Position numbers and translations under genes: made by a program. Below are positions 29,785 through 40,254 of a stretch of DNA of 64,000 nucleotides, piece after piece (within the stretch, counting starts at the first letter, position 1; the number at the start of each line of letters is the position of its first letter). Origin of the DNA: a virus; the IMG/VR virus record IMGVR_UViG_3300050166_000025, positions 64,001-128,000 of that record; one strand, given 5' to 3'. The notes under the pieces were generated by a model that made no database searches, was not told where the DNA came from, and saw only the letters and a program-made list of their open reading frames with translations.

Positions 29785-31105
29785 ATCTTGCTTGGTTTTT
29801 TATTACGTTTACTATTTTATTAGAAGTCACTATCTCAACATCATTGAATTTAGCTGTCTTAGGTTCATACATACCCTCTCTGAATATTCCACCTTGCATC
29901 TCGCCTTTAAGAACTGCATCGCTCCCATAGAAGTAGCAATTTTTAAGAACGCAACTCGTTGCAACATGAGAAGATCCAACCTTTGAATTGTTAACCTGTG
30001 TACTCTGATAAAAATTACAATTTCTAATATCAGAAGATTTTACATCACACTTAAAGAAATCACAATGTGTTAATTCACCTTGAATTGAACATGCAACAAA
30101 CTCATACCCTTCTAGTTCAAAGCAGTATGGTAAATTACCTTCGTTAATTTGAATTCTTCCAGTGTTAGAGTCATAGTTGATATGTCCTTTTTCCATCTGT
30201 CCATGTGTAAATAGTCTAGATACTGACTCCTTAATTTGAGGCCAATACAAGTCTATTACATTTGGATCATTGTTTAAATCAACTGTAAATTTACATTTTG
30301 GGAAATTTTCACTGATTTTTTTCCAGTCAACTCTAAGTTCGATGATCTTCTTGTTTTCAGCCAAGATTCTCTTTAACTCCAGTTTATTTGAAGGGTTAAA
30401 TGCGTTTTCGGTGGCTGAGTTCCAGAGCTGAATCATAAAAATGTCGAGCATATTCAAAATCTTTGCTGGCTTTTTATGCCAATCTTCACCGCCTAAGTAT
30501 CTAAACTCAAGATAGTTTTTCTGTAACTTATCAAAGTTTACACCGTAATACTTGGTCTTTGGAAAAATAAAATTATTTTGGCTAATCTGCTCTCCATTAT
30601 AAGTATAGGTTTCAACTCTAGGAATAACAAATTTGATTGATTTAGCGTAAGCTGAATCTTTTCTATTCGGAAATGATTTCCAAACAAGATCTTCATTAAA
30701 ATCCAAGATGAACTTTAGTGGGCTCATCTTGGAGATTAGGTTTTTATTGCCTGACAGTTTAGAGTCAAAGCTTAAATTTAAGTGTATTGAAGAACGTTCA
30801 GTTGTGTAACCGTTCTTTTGTATCCATTCGCATACCTTGATAATCATCAGCCTTGCAGCCGAATAAGGCATTGCGCCAGTTACCAACTCTATTAGTCCGG
30901 CGCCTCCAGACATATCTGGCTCCATTTTAAATTCGTCAGCTGTTGGCTGAAATGGGCTGTGTGCTTTCTTTTCTACTCTTATCTTCTTATTTAGCATCTC
31001 GCCAACGGCTTTCGCAGTGTCTTCAATACTAGTATTAGAATAGAACTCGAATTCAACTCCTACGAGGCCTTTTGATAAGATTTCAGAATCTTTAAGATTA
31101 ATCAT
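29777..31105 (-). CDS. putative amidoligase (COOH-NH2 ligase type 2) with C-terminal beta-helix-like repeats
   Basis: GVEFEF, IELVT, SSIHLNLS, KYYGVNF, LEFR motifs. Confidence 0.75.
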   Translation of the reverse strand: MINLKDSEILSKGLVGVEFEFYSNTSIEDTAKAVGEMLNKKIRVEKKAHSPFQPTADEFKMEPDMSGGAGLIELVTGAMPYSAARLMIIKVCEWIQKNGYTTERSSIHLNLSFDSKLSGNKNLISKMSPLKFILDFNEDLVWKSFPNRKDSAYAKSIKFVIPRVETYTYNGEQISQNNFIFPKTKYYGVNFDKLQKNYLEFRYLGGEDWHKKPAKILNMLDIFMIQLWNSATENAFNPSNKLELKRILAENKKIIELRVDWKKISENFPKCKFTVDLNNDPNVIDLYWPQIKESVSRLFTHGQMEKGHINYDSNTGRIQINEGNLPYCFELEGYEFVACSIQGELTHCDFFKCDVKSSDIRNCNFYQSTQVNNSKVGSSHVATSCVLKNCYFYGSDAVLKGEMQGGIFREGMYEPKTAKFNDVEIVTSNKIVNVIKNQARYE

Positions 31106-31155
31106 GCGATATATACAGTGAATATTTTCTATTTCACTATATATATCACTGATAA

Positions 31156-32370
31156 TTATATTAACTTCAAGAATACTTTTCTTGTAGCCTCATCAATTCT
31201 AGTAACGGTTACCGTAATTGGATCTCCTTTCTTAATAGAAGCAATATCAATTCCTTCTAATTCTGATACGTGTAATAAGCCAACAATACCCTCTTCGATT
31301 GTTACAAAGATACCATAATCTTTAGTGGCTTTAACGCTACCAACTACTTGGCTAGGAACTGTGTATCTTTCTGCGATACCAATCCATGGGTTTGCTTGTT
31401 CTACTATCTCGACCTGTGTAAGGGTGATCTTCTTTTCAGAGATAATTTCTTTAACCTTAAAGGTAATCTCTTCTCCAGGTTGAATCTGGCCAGCTGACAG
31501 ACGCTTTGATAACTCAACGTTTAAGTCATTCACGTGGATCATACCAGTTAAACATCCGTTAAATTCAACGAAGACACCGAACTTAGCTGTTCCTGTAACA
31601 GTTCCAGTATATTCTGTCTCTGCAGGAGCTTCATTTAATTTATCAATCGCGACAGGAATCATCGCCTGTAAATATTTTCTATGTGATACTACGATAGTTC
31701 CTTTATCAGCTGAGAAACTAACTGGCACAACATACATTTCTGTTCCGATGATAGATTCAAAGTTAGATAGTTTGTTAGCTCCTGCTAATGAACCTGGCAT
31801 AAAACAGTCAATGCCTTGTACATTAACAATGTATCCGCCACCTGGAATCATTTGAGTTACTGTTCCAGTATATGCAGTTCTACCTGATTCAATTGAATTA
31901 CGTAATTCTGCAAAAATAGCTTGTCTAGTTCCTTCGGTTACTGAACCTAAAATAAATCCTTTAGTGATCTTGTCTCCTAAGACTTTAATCATAAACTCTT
32001 TACCAGGTTGAATTAATTTTCTAAATTGAGGTGATTCTTTTTCTAAATCAATATACGCTAATTCTCTATAACCAATATCGATCATAGCCCATTTTTCAGA
32101 GATAGAGTAAACTGTTCCAGTATGATGTTCTCCGATTAAAACTTGATTTAATAGAGAATTAGAAGAAACTCCCATAATCATGTTATAGAGCTCTTGTGCA
32201 TAGTTACTGCGAGAGTAAACTTTAACGCCTTCTGAAACTTTGATTTTTTTGTTGCCTTGTCTTAAAGCAGAAGGGCAATCTGCTGAATACTGATCCCAGT
32301 CAAAATTAGGATCGGGTTGTCTCCAAGAAATTTGTGAACTTGTTGACTGATTTTTTTTTGTTTCTAACAT
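31156..32370 (-). CDS. rpsA: ribosomal protein bS1 homologue (four S1 domains)
   Basis: Repeated S1 motifs (IDIGYR, GYIVNVQGIDCFMPGS, FGVFVEFNGCLTGMIHVNDL, YGIFVTIEEGIVGLLHVSEL); N-terminal FDWDQY resembles Bacteroidota bS1. Confidence 0.8.
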   Translation of the reverse strand: MLETKKNQSTSSQISWRQPDPNFDWDQYSADCPSALRQGNKKIKVSEGVKVYSRSNYAQELYNMIMGVSSNSLLNQVLIGEHHTGTVYSISEKWAMIDIGYRELAYIDLEKESPQFRKLIQPGKEFMIKVLGDKITKGFILGSVTEGTRQAIFAELRNSIESGRTAYTGTVTQMIPGGGYIVNVQGIDCFMPGSLAGANKLSNFESIIGTEMYVVPVSFSADKGTIVVSHRKYLQAMIPVAIDKLNEAPAETEYTGTVTGTAKFGVFVEFNGCLTGMIHVNDLNVELSKRLSAGQIQPGEEITFKVKEIISEKKITLTQVEIVEQANPWIGIAERYTVPSQVVGSVKATKDYGIFVTIEEGIVGLLHVSELEGIDIASIKKGDPITVTVTRIDEATRKVFLKLI

Positions 32371-32411
32371 TTTTTGTTAAGTTAAAGTGTGAATATGAAT
32401 TATATAACTGT

Positions 32412-33962
32412 TTACGAGACTGGTGCTTTGAAAATCAAAAGGTTCCATTTTGTAGCCGGTTTTGAAGCATACGCAAAATAGGTTCTGTAGTTGGTAATGT
32501 GATCAGTGATCCATTTGTGACCATCGGAGCCTGCGTGTAAGCCACCAGTAAACATCTGAGTGTGGCCATATATCTTGCTAACTTCAGTAGAAGGTCCGTC
32601 TACTGCCCAGTAAGATACAACATCTCCTATGTCAAAATCCCGACTCAATAGAGTTTGAATTTCTGATTTGCTCATTTCTTTTCCGCCTGCAACTAGATCA
32701 TATCCAAGATTTTTTAAGGCTTGAATATATCCAATACCATTTGCGTTTCCACCGGCATTGAAATTAGCACCTTTAGTCATCTGTTTACCGGATAAACCTT
32801 GAACGTAATTTCTGGCTGTGTTATAAGTATATCTTGCGCATTTACCGTTTGATCCACCAAAGGCATGAGTAGCTTGTACTGCTTTTATGATAGAATTTTT
32901 AGCTTTATCGCTAGCATTTCCGTTGTAGAATGAAGTAGAATTATCGTTACCGTTGAATTTTCCACCATCATCATCCAATGTAGCTTCTGCATCAGTAGTA
33001 ACTCCAGTATAAGAAACCGGGGCATCATTTTCATTCAATATCAATTCGTCTGTTGTACTATAAGTAGAAGAAGATTGAGTAGAATTAGCGTCTGCAATAA
33101 CTGAACCAGCGCTTTTATTACTTGATGTTGGTTTTTCAGGCTGACCTTTTTGAGGATTTGTGCTAGGTGCAACTGGAGATGATGTCTTACTTGAATTATT
33201 TGAGGCATTTTCGCTTACAGTGGTAGGCGCTCCACCACTAGATTGGCCACTAGATGAGCTGGTACTTGGCGCAGCTTTAGATTTAAACTGTTTAATAGAT
33301 TCAAGTTTTGACTTATCGGAGCTAATATTAATTACCTCGGGTGGTATTGGAGCTGACGTAGGAGATCCATTTGGGGTTAAATGCTTGTGTGTAATAACAG
33401 ATTGCATGAATCTATCTAATATCTTTCTTAGCGTTTCTCCCTTTACGGCCGGCTCACTCTCATCATTCCAGTTAGATGCGATAAAGATGTTATCTGAATT
33501 TAAGAAAATTTTACCGTCATGAAAACGTAACATTGGCGCGGAAGACTTGCCTTCTCCCGTAGTCAATACTAAGCCGTCTTCTTTACTCACATAGAATCTA
33601 AAATTTCTAAGTGCGTCATACGCTAGTGCAATGGTATTTTCGGGTTCAGTAGAACCAGCCAATACTTCATTTTTTAATTCTAAATTTTGATTAATTTGAC
33701 AAGAGTATAGGGGTAGGTATATGTTACCGTTGTCGAATGTGATAGCAACTATGTCTCCTTTTCTAGGCACAAAATGCTGACCTGCTCCCATTGAATTAGC
33801 AGGACTAGCCCATGGAATAGCCTCTATGGGTAATATATCGAATTTTCCAAAGACGTTGACCTTACATCTGCCATTATTAAGAGGGTCTTTGTTATCAACC
33901 ACTTGACCAATCCAATGAGTGTCTCTGATATTGTCAGAACCTAATTCGTATTCAGTTGCCAT
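32412..33962 (-). CDS. baseplate spike (gp5/VgrG-like OB fold) with C-terminal Cys-His peptidoglycan amidase
   Basis: GQVVDNKDPLNNGRCKV...PWA...VPRKGDIV; THKH apex motif; S/T linker; GKCARY...GDVV...YGHTQM. Confidence 0.75.
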   Translation of the reverse strand: MATEYELGSDNIRDTHWIGQVVDNKDPLNNGRCKVNVFGKFDILPIEAIPWASPANSMGAGQHFVPRKGDIVAITFDNGNIYLPLYSCQINQNLELKNEVLAGSTEPENTIALAYDALRNFRFYVSKEDGLVLTTGEGKSSAPMLRFHDGKIFLNSDNIFIASNWNDESEPAVKGETLRKILDRFMQSVITHKHLTPNGSPTSAPIPPEVINISSDKSKLESIKQFKSKAAPSTSSSSGQSSGGAPTTVSENASNNSSKTSSPVAPSTNPQKGQPEKPTSSNKSAGSVIADANSTQSSSTYSTTDELILNENDAPVSYTGVTTDAEATLDDDGGKFNGNDNSTSFYNGNASDKAKNSIIKAVQATHAFGGSNGKCARYTYNTARNYVQGLSGKQMTKGANFNAGGNANGIGYIQALKNLGYDLVAGGKEMSKSEIQTLLSRDFDIGDVVSYWAVDGPSTEVSKIYGHTQMFTGGLHAGSDGHKWITDHITNYRTYFAYASKPATKWNLLIFKAPVS

Positions 33963-33965
33963 GTT

Positions 33966-35138
33966 TTATTTATAAACATTTCCTAGACCATTGATTCCGC
34001 CTCTCTGTAAAGCTTCTATAATTTTATCTCCGGGATTGGCTCCGTACACGTTTCCCAAAATAGCCTCTTCTATTCCTTTCTGGGTAATCTTAGTTGCTTC
34101 ATCTAGTCCCCTAACTGCATTCATTATTACGTTTTCAGGGGTTGGAATTCTATCGTTGATGGCGCCGGTAACTGCTCCTAATATTTCTTGCTTTTTTGAT
34201 TCAGAGAAATTTTTCAATGATGTTGAAGCCTGATCCGCTATTCCATTCAATCTTGACTGCAATCCAGATGCGGGTACTTCTACTTCAACAGTTGGAATAT
34301 TTCTTTCAGTTATTTTATCAGGTACTTGTGTAATGACACCGTTTAAATATACGCCATTTACCTCTTGCATTTTTTCATACTTTATTACGATTTCTTGCTT
34401 AGCATGTTCAGGCGAAGTTGCAGATAAATCAGATATGGCCATACTTCCAGAAGACATATCGAATTCACAAAAGTCGAGTCTAAATAGGATCTGTGGGATA
34501 TTTTTAGCTGCTATGTCAACGTTTATATTTTCATCTTTTTCATAAGATTGATCATTAAAGTTGGGATTATTTACGTATGAGCCAATGTCAATATTTCTAA
34601 TTTCGCTGACATAAACATACATTGAAAACTTTCTAAGATTTGCAGGTATAATGTAAGACCATTTTTCTTCATCAAACACAGCTTTCTTATATAGAGACAT
34701 TAATCCAGTGATTGCTAGATTAATTGATTCTAAACATTCGATCGTTAATTTAGCTTCATCTCCTCCCCAATATGGTCTATTCGGATCATATTGCTGTAAT
34801 CTATCTAAACCTTTTAAAGATTGCCAATACCATGGCATCTCTTTGTTAATTTTCATTAGCGCTGATTTAAAGTCTTTAAGATTCTGTAATCTAAGCGCAT
34901 ATTTTTCAGGAGCGCTAGCAGTATTCTTTAATTTTTCTAAAAATCTTTCTGCTGCGCCAGCTAGTAGTGGAGAAGAATCCCTGGAATCAGTCTGCATCTC
35001 GCTTTCAACGAACATAAATCCAAACGTTAAATACGTAGGATCCTGATATGGCAATTTAATATTACCACCTAAAGAGCCTTTGGTATAAAGACCAGATTTT
35101 CTAAAATCGTTCCAACCTGCAGAATTATTTATTGCCAT
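33966..35138 (-). CDS. tail tube-like baseplate protein
   Basis: 390 aa, tube-fold-like pattern, hub context. Confidence 0.45.
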   Translation of the reverse strand: MAINNSAGWNDFRKSGLYTKGSLGGNIKLPYQDPTYLTFGFMFVESEMQTDSRDSSPLLAGAAERFLEKLKNTASAPEKYALRLQNLKDFKSALMKINKEMPWYWQSLKGLDRLQQYDPNRPYWGGDEAKLTIECLESINLAITGLMSLYKKAVFDEEKWSYIIPANLRKFSMYVYVSEIRNIDIGSYVNNPNFNDQSYEKDENINVDIAAKNIPQILFRLDFCEFDMSSGSMAISDLSATSPEHAKQEIVIKYEKMQEVNGVYLNGVITQVPDKITERNIPTVEVEVPASGLQSRLNGIADQASTSLKNFSESKKQEILGAVTGAINDRIPTPENVIMNAVRGLDEATKITQKGIEEAILGNVYGANPGDKIIEALQRGGINGLGNVYK

Positions 35139-35158
35139 ACTGTATATATTAACTTAAA

Positions 35159-36736
35159 TTATCTGGTCTTGTTTATGACCGCCGTTGTTTTTTTAGGCGA
35201 AGTCGAAGATTCCATAGTCTCAAGCTTAACATTATTAATTCTAGTTGGCCATTCTCTTCTAAGAAGAACCAGCTTCTGATATAATATTGAATTTGTGTTA
35301 TAATGATAAGATATTTCATCTATTACATAGTAACCAGATAAAAAATCATCTATTGTTTGTATGTTTTCTGGGTCTGATACGTCTTCTCCGTATTCTTTTC
35401 CTACAGTGTCAAAACCTTTCTCCTCTTTGAATTTTTTTGCAAATTTATTCATTGTATTTGCAGTGTACTCATGGTGAAACATAATCACCGGGATTTTCAT
35501 GTATCTATATAAACCAGGATTAACGGTCTCTAACGTAATTTCCAATTTCATTTTATCAACCTCCTCTCGGTTAATTCTATTATGAACAGACGAATAAAAA
35601 TAGTTAGGATGTAAATTTCCATGAACAGGATGTGAATCTATTCGGCCAACGTATTTTTGTTTAACTTCGTTTTCAAAACGGGATTCATCTCTTCTACCAC
35701 GTAAAGGTTCTTCTATGTCTTTCATTTTATCGGAAGTCAATGCCTTTAAATCAAATGAAACTAGATTTTCACGAGAATTATTTTCAAAATATTGCAATTT
35801 TCTAATATATCCATTAGAGATGCTGATTGCGTTTGCGTTATTAATTATTCTATGTGAGGTTACATATTGTGAACTTCCGGCTAGATTGGTGTGGTTAGTT
35901 AAAAGCAATTTAGATTTAATTTTGTTAATTTCATTTCCATTTTCAGGATTCATATTAAAATCTGTCCCAAATACATGAATCAGAGTCTCTTCCATTTCGT
36001 TTGGTGCATTAAACACCTGATTTAGATTAACAAAGTTTAAATAATAATAAGGGTCTATAGAACCTACCTGGAATGATTTATCATCAACGTATGAATGAGA
36101 AACCGTATCTTGTATAAAATTAAGATTAGACATATACGGATTAAACCTTACCATTTTGTCGTCGCACGATTCCAAGTTACTTGCAAAACCTAATTCTAAT
36201 TTAGTTGCAACCATTCTAAGATGCTCGAACGAATTATCAAGTCCATAACTGGAACACTCTTCCGCCATCAGCATTGGTATTTTCATGATGCCTGACACAT
36301 TATATGTTGATCTTGCTGCTGGATTGTAATTTGAACCAGCTGTTCCCCTAATCGAGGTAATATCGAAATCAGCTCTAATATCTTTAAATGTATCTTCTTG
36401 TCTAGCACTAATTCTCATATTGACCGCATCTCCATCTCTAGGAAGTGAATCAATATTAAAAAAGTTTTTAGAATCTATAAAAGAAAAAGATATGCTTGGT
36501 ATGAATCCTGCACAGTTTAATGTAAACGAAACTATGTCGGTATCTGGGATATTAAAATTATTGATTCTAACATGAGGAGCCCAACTACCATTTTCTCTAG
36601 ATATCTTAGGTCCCCCATTAGTCTCATCTAGATCCTGAAATTGCATAAGATCTAGTTTAATTTTAGGTTCAGTGATAGCAAATACATGTCTATCTAATGA
36701 AACCTTAGAATTTGATTGAATGATTTCTTCAGCCAT
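35159..36736 (-). CDS. baseplate hub protein (gp27-like)
   Basis: C-terminal LSGYYVIDEISY...KLVLLRR hub motif; between gp53- and gp5-like genes. Confidence 0.6.
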   Translation of the reverse strand: MAEEIIQSNSKVSLDRHVFAITEPKIKLDLMQFQDLDETNGGPKISRENGSWAPHVRINNFNIPDTDIVSFTLNCAGFIPSISFSFIDSKNFFNIDSLPRDGDAVNMRISARQEDTFKDIRADFDITSIRGTAGSNYNPAARSTYNVSGIMKIPMLMAEECSSYGLDNSFEHLRMVATKLELGFASNLESCDDKMVRFNPYMSNLNFIQDTVSHSYVDDKSFQVGSIDPYYYLNFVNLNQVFNAPNEMEETLIHVFGTDFNMNPENGNEINKIKSKLLLTNHTNLAGSSQYVTSHRIINNANAISISNGYIRKLQYFENNSRENLVSFDLKALTSDKMKDIEEPLRGRRDESRFENEVKQKYVGRIDSHPVHGNLHPNYFYSSVHNRINREEVDKMKLEITLETVNPGLYRYMKIPVIMFHHEYTANTMNKFAKKFKEEKGFDTVGKEYGEDVSDPENIQTIDDFLSGYYVIDEISYHYNTNSILYQKLVLLRREWPTRINNVKLETMESSTSPKKTTAVINKTR

Positions 36737-36738
36737 GC

Positions 36739-37248
36739 TTATTTTTGACTAGGTCCGTTAATAGTAAGAATTCCGTTTTTGATAACCACGTTTGTTTTTC
36801 CAGTCTTTAAGACATTAGGTGGCAGCATTTCAGAAGCTCCATTTTCATATCCAGCTGCTTTTCTTTGCAAATATTCTATTCTCTTTTGATCCTGGACCGT
36901 TAATCTTTTTGTACTTAAGAATTTATTTCTAATTATATTACCATCTTCTGTTTTAGAAGCTGGCTTATTTTTCCAGGTTTGTAAAATTGCATCATGATAA
37001 GGAATCATTAGAACATCACCCTCTTCAATCGAGAAAGGATTAGAAATTCCATTGTATTTTAATATGTAATCAGCTTTCGAGGCGGTACCGTATAACTGCA
37101 GAGCTATCAGGTCAATTCTGCCAGCATATTCAGAATCTACCGTAAAGGTTCCTATTATGCTAGTTGAATTTGCAAATAGAACAGTAGGTTCAGTCATTAT
37201 AACCTTTCCGTTTTCTATTCTTTTATTATTAAGTGTAGTTAAGTCCAT
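36739..37248 (-). CDS. baseplate gp53/LysM-like protein
   Basis: GRIDLIALQLYG...ILKYNGISNPFSIEEGDVLMIP. Confidence 0.75.
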   Translation of the reverse strand: MDLTTLNNKRIENGKVIMTEPTVLFANSTSIIGTFTVDSEYAGRIDLIALQLYGTASKADYILKYNGISNPFSIEEGDVLMIPYHDAILQTWKNKPASKTEDGNIIRNKFLSTKRLTVQDQKRIEYLQRKAAGYENGASEMLPPNVLKTGKTNVVIKNGILTINGPSQK

Positions 37249-39182
37249 TATCCGTTAGTGAATTTTCTCATTTCTTCTTGCATGAAAGTTGTCATGTTTA
37301 AATGACCAGTTTCTCCAGTGCTAGAGTATCTAGCTTTTCCGTATGCATCTATGTTTTTCTCATTGTCTAGATCTTTTCCAGAATAAGGTTTAATGTAAAA
37401 TCTACCCCTACCAGCGTTAAACATGGTTTCAATTTCAGCCTTATCTCTTGGCCTAGCTGGCTTCAGAGTAATTTTTAATTCTAATTCTTCAGGAAAATCT
37501 TGAATTCCAAGCGGACCTTTTAAATTTAATTCAGTTTTGGTACACGCTAAGTTTCCTATCACTGCCATAGGATTTAATGGATTTCCAACCGTAACATGCC
37601 ATTGTCCAGTAGAATCACCTGTTAAGAGTGCGTTGGCAACTTGTCCGCCTTGTGGAGTATTAAATAACTTAAGTAATGAACCTCCTAATAGATTATTAAC
37701 TAAATTGCTACCTGCAATTCCTTTAGAGCTAATGTCTCCGATCAAATTTTTAGCTAATCCTGCAATATCTCCAATAACGCTACCTAAGAAGTCTTTGTAT
37801 CTGCCTTCTCTAATTAAATCCGCGTTTCCAAGAGGTCTACCAATAGTTCCCTGTCCACCGCCAATGTATCTAACAGCTCCTCCCCAAAATGGAGCGGTAG
37901 AATAAGTTAGTGCCAGCAATTGACCCATTAAATCTAGAAACATTAATTTTGGATTGGCTCCATCTAGAGAACGCATCTCATAATTAAACGTCAACGTAAA
38001 TTCATGGTTAAAATCCATTCCTCCTTCACGCTGTAACATGTTTCTTATCGAATTATAAGGGCCAAATACGTGATTAGGATACGTTGATTTGATAGGATCA
38101 AATGAAGAATCTCTAGTTGCCATTGCAATATTTTGGTTAGCTCCAATTCCATTGGCAGCTGCAAAAATAGCCTGTGCTGTTGAATTTCCATCTATAAAAC
38201 TACCGATCTTACCTCTTCTTTCTGCATTTTGATTTTGTAATTCCTGGACTTCCGCCTTAACATCTTCCCATCTATATCCAAAATCAAAATTTAATATTTC
38301 TTCTATTTTATTGTTTGTCTCATCTGACATCCATGTAATAGCTCTTGCAATATCTGGTGTGGGCTTGATGAATTTCTTTCCAGCTTTACCTATTGAAAAC
38401 GGAGTGATGATATCGTCCTCGATAGGAAATGCAAATCTTCTAAGTGTGACCATTCTATTATTTGGAATTCTGCCTAAGTATTTGCATAACGCAAAATCAG
38501 AATATGCGTATCTATATCCAAGACCTCCACTTTCTGCAGTTCGCTCTATGATAGTTGCTACTGTTGGATTTTTTAAAACGTCAGGGTTGAAGTCAAGATT
38601 GTTATATTCTCCATACTTAACACCCTTCGGAGTTCCTTGTAGTGGAGTTCCTCTATAATTAAATAGAGTATACATGTTAAAGGCAGAATGAACCATTTTA
38701 CCCTCGTGGATATCTCTTTGTTTTGTTGCGATTGCGGGGCCTGTTGGTTTAATACCCCTTTCCCTAGCAACATCTGATGTAGTTTGATCCGCAATTTTGT
38801 AAACTTCGGATTGAGCTATTCTATCGTAATATGTTTTCTTTTCGGGTGAACTTATTGCAGCTAAATTATCTTTGGTCAAATTCAGGCTTTCAGAAGTATT
38901 AGCAGAACCAATTACACCATTATTAGTTGGCGCCATCGCAACCATTGAAGTGCTAGAAGTTAATTGATCTGCCTCTAATGCAGGTGCTGAATTTACAAGT
39001 TGTTCTGCCTCATATACTGAAACGGGATCCTCACTTGGTAAATATTTAGAGGAATCTGTTTTGATAGAAATTGTTGAGCCTTCCGCCGCAGCGTTCTTAC
39101 CAACAGTAGTCGCCTTACCAGAAGAAATAACTCCCTTTGGCTTAACTACCGGTTTAACTTTAGGTTTGTGATTTTTACCCAT
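37248..39182 (-). CDS. tail tube initiator / gp48-gp54-like baseplate protein
   Basis: FTLTFNY...GNLACTK...DFPEELELKITLK tube-fold pattern; context. Confidence 0.5.
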   Translation of the reverse strand: MGKNHKPKVKPVVKPKGVISSGKATTVGKNAAAEGSTISIKTDSSKYLPSEDPVSVYEAEQLVNSAPALEADQLTSSTSMVAMAPTNNGVIGSANTSESLNLTKDNLAAISSPEKKTYYDRIAQSEVYKIADQTTSDVARERGIKPTGPAIATKQRDIHEGKMVHSAFNMYTLFNYRGTPLQGTPKGVKYGEYNNLDFNPDVLKNPTVATIIERTAESGGLGYRYAYSDFALCKYLGRIPNNRMVTLRRFAFPIEDDIITPFSIGKAGKKFIKPTPDIARAITWMSDETNNKIEEILNFDFGYRWEDVKAEVQELQNQNAERRGKIGSFIDGNSTAQAIFAAANGIGANQNIAMATRDSSFDPIKSTYPNHVFGPYNSIRNMLQREGGMDFNHEFTLTFNYEMRSLDGANPKLMFLDLMGQLLALTYSTAPFWGGAVRYIGGGQGTIGRPLGNADLIREGRYKDFLGSVIGDIAGLAKNLIGDISSKGIAGSNLVNNLLGGSLLKLFNTPQGGQVANALLTGDSTGQWHVTVGNPLNPMAVIGNLACTKTELNLKGPLGIQDFPEELELKITLKPARPRDKAEIETMFNAGRGRFYIKPYSGKDLDNEKNIDAYGKARYSSTGETGHLNMTTFMQEEMRKFTNG

Positions 39183-39235
39183 CAAATATAATTATGTTTA
39201 AGCAGAATGATTCTATCTAAACATATATATCAATG

Positions 39236-39829
39236 TTAAATACTTTCTATATTGTCTAGCTCGTTTGAATCGGGTCTAAACAATAATTTATCAAAGTATC
39301 CTTTTTCGTTAGGCACTCTATCACCTAAGAATTTTTTAAGAGAGGCTTCAAAATCTCCTTTCACGTGGTAGTAATACTGCCCTTTTGAATAGAAGTTTCG
39401 GTTTGTAATCTCATATAGTTCTTTCATTGTCTTTTCGGCAAAGAAATCCTGTAATGAGTTAAATAAGGTTTGTAATTCAACTTTAGTTTTAGTGCAATAT
39501 ACGGAGTCGACTACAATCAAGTAACTTTCCCACTTCTCGGCAAAATGACGTTCAATCTCCTCGATGTTAGTATATTTTAAGCGCTTAAGATTAATCTTTA
39601 CTTGCCTATCATTAAAGTCTCCTTTAAACGTTAGACCAAAAAAGTATCTTTTTAAGAAGGCCGCGTCATCATAGAAATTTTGAATCTTTACCTGATACTG
39701 CGGCATTACAGTATCAAACTTTACATCGTAGATAATGCAACGCACTGGAAACAGGATATTAGGATGCCTAAAATTAGACAGTAAAGCGTAAACCGTTTCT
39801 CCTTTAGTAAATAGTTGATGACGAACCAT
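39236..39829 (-). CDS. hypothetical protein
   Basis: 197 aa in tightly packed operon. Confidence 0.7.
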   Translation of the reverse strand: MVRHQLFTKGETVYALLSNFRHPNILFPVRCIIYDVKFDTVMPQYQVKIQNFYDDAAFLKRYFFGLTFKGDFNDRQVKINLKRLKYTNIEEIERHFAEKWESYLIVVDSVYCTKTKVELQTLFNSLQDFFAEKTMKELYEITNRNFYSKGQYYYHVKGDFEASLKKFLGDRVPNEKGYFDKLLFRPDSNELDNIESI

Positions 39830-40254
39830 TAAATATCGATGAATCTAACGTTGCTGAATGATGTTAATACTTTTCGTTTAGGAAGATCTTCCCTGTTTAA
39901 GACAATAAGATTAAATCCATACTCTGCTCCATGAGAAGCCGTAATGAATTTTTGAATAGCAGTAATGGTCTCTTGATCCAGGTTCTTTAAAAGATATAAG
40001 ATCTTCATCTCCGTTACATCCTCTTCATTCTCGTGAAGTTCCTTGAATTTGTTTAATGAGTTATTAAAGGATTTCATAATGTGAAGACCTATCACCGAAT
40101 CGCCAGGTTCCTCACCTCTGACATCTGACTTGGATAACTTAGTCATAATGGCATAATAATCGATCACGTACGAGTATTCTCCAGTCGTAGACTTATTGAA
40201 CTTAACAAAGTCCTTTCTATTTAAACACCATACGCAATCGATTATTAATTCCAT
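39829..40254 (-). CDS. hypothetical protein
   Basis: 141 aa, TAATG coupling. Confidence 0.7.
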   Translation of the reverse strand: MELIIDCVWCLNRKDFVKFNKSTTGEYSYVIDYYAIMTKLSKSDVRGEEPGDSVIGLHIMKSFNNSLNKFKELHENEEDVTEMKILYLLKNLDQETITAIQKFITASHGAEYGFNLIVLNREDLPKRKVLTSFSNVRFIDI

